The notes beneath the pieces are model-generated. The model was not told the DNA's origin and made no database searches. It saw nothing but the letters and a program-made list of their open reading frames with translations. This document shows, one piece after another, positions 49,801 to 57,164 of a stretch of 57,164 bases of DNA; position 1 is the stretch's first letter; each line of letters starts with the position of its first letter. The translations under genes were made by a program, and so were the position numbers. The stretch is from Octopus bimaculoides (taxonomy: Eukaryota). Location of the stretch: the NCBI RefSeq assembly GCF_001194135.2, contig NC_068999.1, forward strand, positions 14,371,096 to 14,428,259, read 5' to 3'.

Positions 49801-50603
49801 GAATAGTATTTTCTGATCCTAAAGCAACTACTATACAAAACGTAAATAATGTTTTCCGTGTGTCTTATAACAATACCTTCTAATTTACACACAATTCCAT
49901 AAATATTTACTACAGTGTTTTTATCTATAACGAAGCACTCGTTTATTAGAATGTTACTTATATCTTCAACCACAAAAGTATGAATAAAGATTGTAATGAT
50001 AGTGGGATTCGAATCCAGATTTTATAGAACAAATATATATTCTTTGAAATTGTAACAATTCTGAAACTCGGATTCTTCGTAAGACATATTTTAACAATGT
50101 TGGCACATAATAGAAATACTTACGGTAATAGATTTTCATCATACCTCCGTTGCCGTTTTAAACAAGAATTATCCTTAAATTTAAGTGTTTCAATGTTTCA
50201 TTGTGGCTGTCATGATATTCTGTTAGAATTTATTCTATAGAGTCATTTATCACGTCACTTTCCAGTTAGTAGTGTACTGAAAATACAAACAAAAAATCTC
50301 CTATCATTAGGAAGAGCTATATTTCATTGCCAACATTTCTGAAATAAGAAAGACAACATAAAATAAAACGATGTTTGATTTGGTCACAGAGTCCCACCTA
50401 CATTTGCAATTCGTATCCTCTTCACATAACATGTAAACAGTTGGTATATCCACACAGAATGTGCACTGGAACAAGTGAATGTGACATTGTGAATTCTTCA
50501 TTTTGAAACAGATTAGAGGCAACGTGCACCTGGACAGAAAAACTTTCGAATGCGACAGTTGTGATATTTAAAAAAATATCCGTATTCTAATATCTGCTGA
50601 TAA

Positions 50604-50641
<38 letters not shown>

Positions 50642-50720
50642 ACACACACACACATACACACACACACATGCACACACACACACCCATATACACACACACA
50701 CACACCTACACACACCGAGA
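50604..50720. repeat. (CA)n microsatellite
   Basis: Read directly from the sequence. Confidence 0.95.
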
Positions 50721-51613
50721 GAGATGATAGATAGATATATGGATGGATAGATAAATAGATACGTACAACACATAAACATATATATGCAGAGGATATAGAA
50801 TGCAAGCGATGATGTAGAATTTAAAAGAAAATTGAATATGTTAGCAGAAGCCGTGTGGGTGTATACATATCGTTGCAGTAGTGCAGTACTACAATTGAAC
50901 CTTTCACCAATCACCAACGTTTTCAATTGTAAATTACTCAACATTTCCATTGTCAGAAACGTGTAACGCAAGTATATGCTTTCTACAGTAGAGGCTAATG
51001 TTTGGTGAAAACCCAAGTCTATGGATAAATTTTGAGGACAGATAGACTCTATCGCTCATATAATTTCACAAACGACATTTATATTACACAGGTTTATACC
51101 TATTTAATGATACTACCTCGCGAATGCATAAATGAATTTCACCTGCATTTGCATTCTATGTGTTCGCACAAACACATGTAAAAACACATTCAGTTCCAAA
51201 CGCATGTTCATTAATAGATAAATGTATATCCATACATAGGCAACCCGAATTTCTCACAATTTATTGTGGCACATACAGTCAGCATGTAGCCAAAACGTGT
51301 ACTTAAAAAAGAAAAGCACGGAAAGCTTCAGACATTAAGAAAAATACACTAGCGTTTACATAATACATTGTTACAAATGTGGGTTGTTTTAATCACATAA
51401 CGACTAATTTATTAATGTAAAATATCATCAAGAAAAACCNNNNNNNNNNNNNNNNNNNNNNNNNNNNNNNNNNNNNNNNNNNNNNNNNNNNNNNNNNNNN
51501 NNNNNNNNNNNNNNNNNNNNNNNNNNNNNNNNNNNNNNNNNNNNNNNNNNNNNNNNNNNNNNNNNNNNNNNNNNNNNNNNNNNNNNNNNNNNNNNNNNNN
51601 NNNNNNNNNNNNN

Positions 51614-51648
<35 letters not shown>

Positions 51649-51705
51649 TATAGATAGATAGATACATACATACATAGAGAGATAGATAGACAGACAGGTA
51701 GATAG
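51614..51705. repeat. (ATAG)n microsatellite
   Basis: Read directly from the sequence. Confidence 0.95.
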
Positions 51706-52986
51706 GGAAGAGTTGCTTGCAATCTAAAGTGTGTGGAAGCAAATTTCTGTGCTTGCTCATCAACCGGTCAAATGTGTCAAGCATTCTGTAAGACTAATTT
51801 CACTTAAAATGAATATATATGGATATTCCGGAAATATTTAATAGAATGTAATGACTTGGTAGATCATTTAATTAAACAAATAGAGGGTGTGTTTTCGGAA
51901 CCTGTGAAATATCCATTAATTTTAATCAAAAATACGATAGCGTATATATGCGAATTAATTACATCGTCGCACGAGTGTTAGCGTACCTATGCTTCTCAAT
52001 GTTGCAATGTGTGAGTCATATTTCAGGAATAATATTGGTTACATTTAGAGAATTGTAATTTCTTTCATTTAGTAAATTGATCGGTCGCATTGTTTATATG
52101 TATGTAAAGAAGAGTATATATATATATATNNNNNNNNNNNNNNNNNNNNNNNNNNNNNNNNNNNNNNNNNNNNNNNNNNNNNNNNNNNNNNNNNNNNNNN
52201 NNNNNNNNNNNNNNNNNNNNNNNNNNNNNNNNNNNNNNNNNNNNNNNNNNNNNNNNNNNNNNNNNNNNNNNNNNNNNNNNNNNNNNNNNNNNNNNNNNNN
52301 NNNNNNNNNNNNNNNNNNNNNNNNNNNNNNNNNNNNNNNNNNNNNNNNNNNNNNNNNNNNNNNNNNNNNNNNNNNNNNNNNNNNNNNNNNNNNNNNNNNN
52401 NNNNNNNNNNNNNNNNNNNNNNNNNNNNNNNNNNNNNNNNNNNNNNNNNNNNNNNNNNNNNNNNNNNNNNNNNNNNNNNNNNNNNNNNNNNNNNNNNNNN
52501 NNNNNNNNNNNNNNNNNNNNNNNNNNNNNNNNNNNNNNNNNNNNNNNNNNNNNNNNNNNNNNNNNNNNNNNNNNNNNNNNNNNNNNNNNNNNNNNNNNNN
52601 NNNNNNNNNNNNNNNNNNNNNNNNNNNNNNNNNNNNNNNNNNNNNNNNNNNNNNNNNNNNNNNNNNNNNNNNNNNNNNNNNNNNNNNNNNNNNNNNNNNN
52701 NNNNNNNNNNNNNNNNNNNNNNNNNNNNNNNNNNNNNNNNNNNNNNNNNNNNNNNNNGAGAGAGAGAGAGAGAGAGATTGTGATATAGATTATATAAAGA
52801 GTAATAACGGTATATCAGATGTACTATACATGTGTTCATATTATTTATTGAAAATATAATACTTTTAAGAATACCTTGAAGAAGTGCATTGTAGTACTTG
52901 TGATAAACACTAAATGAGATGGGGAGATGTCCGCATTTAGCATGTAGTGAAATACTTGGTAGAACTTCATAGACTTAAATAAAGTA

Positions 52987-54243
52987 CGGGGATTGACTCA
53001 AATGTTCAGAGGCTGAAAATGAAGGTTTGAGGCTATGGTTATGAAAGTTTGCATACATTAATTTTAAATAATCCTATTCATAACTTCATTGTTTCACTGC
53101 TCATTAACCTAATTCCAACTGCACCAAGAATACTTCAAATATAGCTCGAAACGAATTCTCGTGAAAATGGTCAAACTTTGGCAACGTTTTGTTATCAAGT
53201 ACCTGCAGAAAAGGGCTTTTTAGTCCCAGGGATATGCGTACTGACATGCTTGCTACGTTACGAGATGACACAGCAAATTTACCAACATCGAAATAGCGGG
53301 AAGCTCAGTTTCGGAAGGGAACGAAGAGTCTGAAGATGACCCGAGGTGTAGCTATCTTGCAGCTGTCTCCACCAGCTGAAGCATTCATCGTGATCACCAC
53401 GAGATGATGGATGTCAGGAGATTGTCGATAAATCAAATAGCCAAGATCATTAGTATGTCACGCGTGAGGGTTGAGAATATTGTGCAAAAATGAACTTGAC
53501 ACGATATAGTATTTTGCTCAGTGAGTGCCACATTTTCTGACACTTGATCAAAAGCGTACCAGGCCAATCTCATCACCGGAAAAACTGACATTCTTTGAAG
53601 GATATCCAGCTAGTTTCCTCGAAAAATTCCTGACACAGGATACGTGTTCCCTTCACTTTGAGTCCGACAAATGCACAATGGATACAGTGGAAACGCCCAT
53701 CCTCAAAAGTTCCAAAGAAAGTGGCGCAAGTCTCATCTGCAGTGAAATTTGATGGCCTCATTGTGTGATGCAAAAGGCATTGCCTTTATTGTATCCATTG
53801 TAGTGCACTGTGTCGAATTATAGAGGCAGCTCCGAAAGATTAGCAAAATAAAACGTCAAGGAATATTGATGAAAGAGTACTTGTTTCATCAGAAGAATGC
53901 TCCACCTAGCAAGTCCTTAGATCTAATGGCTGCTGGGCATCACGGTGGCTTTGAACTGGTTGATCAATCTCGCTATTCTCCTGATTTTTCCCCATTTGAC
54001 ATCCTCAAACTGAAATACACAATCGGCTACTAGTTAGTATCGCAATAATGATGACGTAATTATTGCTGTAGAGCACTATTTTGACCAACAGGATGAAAGC
54101 TTCTTCACCAATGGAATCAAAGCATTGCAACAGCGATGGAAGAAGGGCGTGGTCCGGTAGGGAGACTAAGTTGAAAAAAATCACATTTGTTCGTAGTTTT
54201 TAAGAGTATCTAGGTCATCTTATGAACTTTTCACCGTCCCTCG
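52987..54243 (+). mobile_element. Mariner DNA transposon (irritans/Bytmar1-like), near full length and decayed
   Basis: The right end TGAACTTTTCACCGTCCCTCG|TA reads TA|CGAGGG... on the reverse strand, the irritans-type TIR start. A degenerate left end TA|CGGGGATTGACTCAAATGTTCA gives a length of about 1.26 kb. The left boundary is uncertain. Confidence 0.85.
53167..54180 (+). pseudogene. Mariner transposase pseudogene
   Basis: MVKLWQRFVIKYLQK, EDDPR, VPHFLTLDQKRTR, FLTQDTC, FHQKNAP, YSPDFSPFD and QQDESFFTNGIKALQQRWKK...VEK, with many stops and frameshifts. Confidence 0.92.
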
Positions 54244-56637
54244 TATTCTGGAGAAAGCGAGATGTCTCTGTACAAGTATTTGTGCCTTAATCAGAATCAT
54301 TATCACTAGAAATGCTGTCCTATTATTTCTCAAGCAATATACATTTTTGTATACATATTAGTAAGAAAATCCTAGTAAAGGATTGTTGCCTGGAAACAAG
54401 GTAGGAGTACTGTGGTACACATAAAGATCATTGATAATTTATCTGTTTTAAATAATTCACATTTCTCTACACGCTCGTCTGATCGATAATTATAATAGAA
54501 AAACAAATACTGGAACGCATGCCTTTTAAAATATATTTGTTCCTCTTTATTGTCCATAACCAAGCCACGAGTCACTTTCAGTCATTTCTGTTGGCGAGTT
54601 TTTCATGCATACCCTTGTATGATTAACACATTTGATTCAACGTTCTAAATTTACCCGGTGTATAACACGTCCACATGTTTTAAAATACATATGGTTCCTC
54701 TGTGAGAGAATTCATCTCTTCATTAGTAAGTTCTTGTCATGTTGGTGTTTAAATATCTAACGACACATGGCATAGATTTAAATAACAATCCATTAATATG
54801 AGAGTCGTGTATCACATAGTGTCAATGCTGTCTAATTAAACTTTGACAATGCTGTTTCCAAATTAGCACTCTGAAACAGATTCAAAGAAACGAAAACATA
54901 GCTGTTATAACCAGACACTAAAACATAACTACTGACATACTACCAACTCCTCGATGTTTTCGGGCGGCGAATATCGGAAAATTCTGTCTTACCTCCACGG
55001 AGACCATTAGAGGAACGAAAGATAATTCAATACTGCAGTTTCTAACTCTTCAGATCACGTGCGTGACAGCGAATCCCATCGGTTATCGTAATTTGAATCT
55101 ACCACCGATGACCAAATTTCAAACTATCCACTACATCTCTGCCTGTTTACTGGTCTGAAAGTCCCAGTCAAAATCAGAACAAAAACCAGTCGAAAGATAT
55201 GCAAGAAATGTAAATATCATTAAAAGTAATATTACTATCCTGCGAGAATGAAGCACCATAAAAAGTAGAATGATAAATATACAAAGCAGATATACAGGAA
55301 GTATGATCATTGCTAGAAATAGCAGCCGGTAAACAATCGGCGCTATGTAGAGCTTCACGGAGTGTTTACAGACAGAGATGATTCCGAGCGATGAATATAG
55401 AAATATTCTGTCTTACCTCTACGGAATAAAGGATAATTCAATACGAGTGGTTAACACATTTTCAGTTGATGTACGCTATCTAGAATTCCTCTATCAAGTA
55501 ACTACTAAAATTAAATCTCAGAAATCTCATTATTTTTCTCAACATAAATATAAGAAAACAAAATTGATATTGCAAATACGCTCAAGGATTAATTTGATTT
55601 ATAATACGTATAAAAAAAAAACAAAGAAGTATTCAAAGACACACGTGCGCGCGCACTTTATGCATACATGTATAAAGATATATATGCGTGTGTTTATGTG
55701 TGTATATGTGTACGTGTATATTACTTATAAATCTCAGATGCCAAAAGTCGATTTAGCTAGTATTATCAGTATAATGTTTAAATAAATGAATCTAGATTTT
55801 AATTTAATGTAAATGATAAACATTAATGAAATACATGAATTTCGGGATTATTTATTTGTGTATTTATTTGCATTTAATTTTATGACATTATTTTAATTTT
55901 ATATTACACATATGTATATACGTATGTGACTGAAGAAACCATACCTAGCTTCCGTTTAAGAAAGAGAAACTTTACAGTGCATTATATGTGATAGTGTGAT
56001 ATGATTTTGCTGAGCCACTTACATATCTTCAGTTCATAAATTAATATGTAGGTATTTTCGCAGATATAGTTATTCTTCTATATTATGATGTATTAATGGA
56101 GATGTTTGTGTTAGCCCACGGATAAGATTGGCGGAAACCGCTGCTTGCAAATATTGAATGCAAAATATTATCTAGTTTTACACTATTACCATATATCTTG
56201 CCGAACTTATTTTACCATAACAACGTAAATATCTGCTCCAAATAATTTTCGTTGATTTTACTTTTCCAAGTATCACAAGAAGATGCCTGATGGCAGTCTG
56301 TTTACATTCTGATAAATAGTATGTTATAATGCTCAATTAATATTTGGATGTATGCATTGAATAAAAGAAAGTCTCGTGGTCGCCAAGCTAAAATTTACTG
56401 GATGTTATTAAGTGCGTAAATGTGTGCAGTTGTGAATTTCTTTGTCCCTTTATAGTTAAGTCATCGACAAAACTGTCAAACTTAAATGTCTCAAAATATC
56501 AGTGACATTGTGGTACCAATGTTTAAATATGTCGAGTAGAAATTAGCTGCTTTGTACTATTGATGATTTTCATGAGCAGTGTAATTCGTCTTCAGGAATG
56601 ATAATAAATACGAGTTAAAAGTCTATACAGATTTGTG

Positions 56638-56990
56638 GTTATATGGTTAAGAAACTCATATTACAACTGGGTCTGTGCCAGTCTGACCAAGAACGTGTGA
56701 GAGTCAATTTGGTAAATGGAAAGACACTTGTACACATGGGCGTGTACGTTTGTGCCTGATCACTTCGGGCCGATTGAACCCATCTGAGAGAATTTAGTAT
56801 ATAGAAATTGAAAGAAGCTTGTCTTTTATATGTATATATCAGTGTGTCTGTGTTTATCACTGTACCATCGCTTGACAACAGATGTCGTTTTGTTTACGTC
56901 CCTATAACTTGGCGGTTCAGCAAAACAGACGGATAGAATAAGAACTAAGCTTGCAAATAACATGTCCTGCGGTCGATTTCTACAATAAGA
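56638..56990 (+). mobile_element. SINE family B, degenerate, with internal partial duplication
   Basis: ACCATCGCTTGACAAC...GTTTACGTCCC...GCGGTTCAGCAAAA...GATAGAATAAG...GTCCTGCGGTCGATTT matches 44292-44470 (reverse strand). The GACC...GAG...ATTTGGTA...GGAAA block appears twice (about 56683 and 56767). Confidence 0.7.
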
Positions 56991-57164
56991 ATGTATAGTC
57001 GTATTCTCATTTACCTCAATATTTCGCAGAACGAAAGACCCACATATGATATCCAGTGAAAAGTCGCTAAAACAGAAGCCAGGTGTTATTCATTTTCAGT
57101 TGACCAGATTTACATATATGAATATATAAATGGGTGAAATGTATGAATATATATGAATATGTGG

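Noticed and set aside
50001-50020. GGGATTCGAATCC B-box-like motif
   Set aside because: Isolated, with no cloverleaf or SINE body; not a tRNA gene.
50511-50570. Peptide HLDRKTFECDSCDI* resembling a C2H2 zinc-finger linker
   Set aside because: A stop follows immediately, with no His pair and no neighbouring fingers.

Overview
This is AT-rich eukaryotic genomic DNA, most likely from an octopus (inferred from the microsatellite load, the tRNA-derived SINE families and the mariner/R4/Penelope content; not database-checked). About 12% of the window is assembly gap: 16 N-runs totalling about 6.9 kb, nearly all flanked by TA/CA/GA/ATAG microsatellites. I found no intact protein-coding gene, rRNA or tRNA gene. 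Most ORFs in the track are artefacts of gaps or simple repeats. The window is a mosaic of decayed mobile elements: two near-full-length mariners and one fragment, two R4/Dong-like RLE retrotransposon remnants set in microsatellites, a Gypsy gag-protease-RT fragment, a short solo LTR, a Tx1/L1 endonuclease fragment, a CR1/L2-like fragment, a Penelope-like GIY-YIG fragment and about 12 SINE copies from three families. The most interesting signal is structural RNA. A near-complete minimal hammerhead ribozyme with a compensatory U3-A8 core caps a 142-nt hairpin (5363-5504). Four unrelated fold-back elements (5857-5976, 15870-16046, 18445-19101, 46392-46737) also carry hammerhead core motifs in their arms. 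All folds and identities were assessed by eye.
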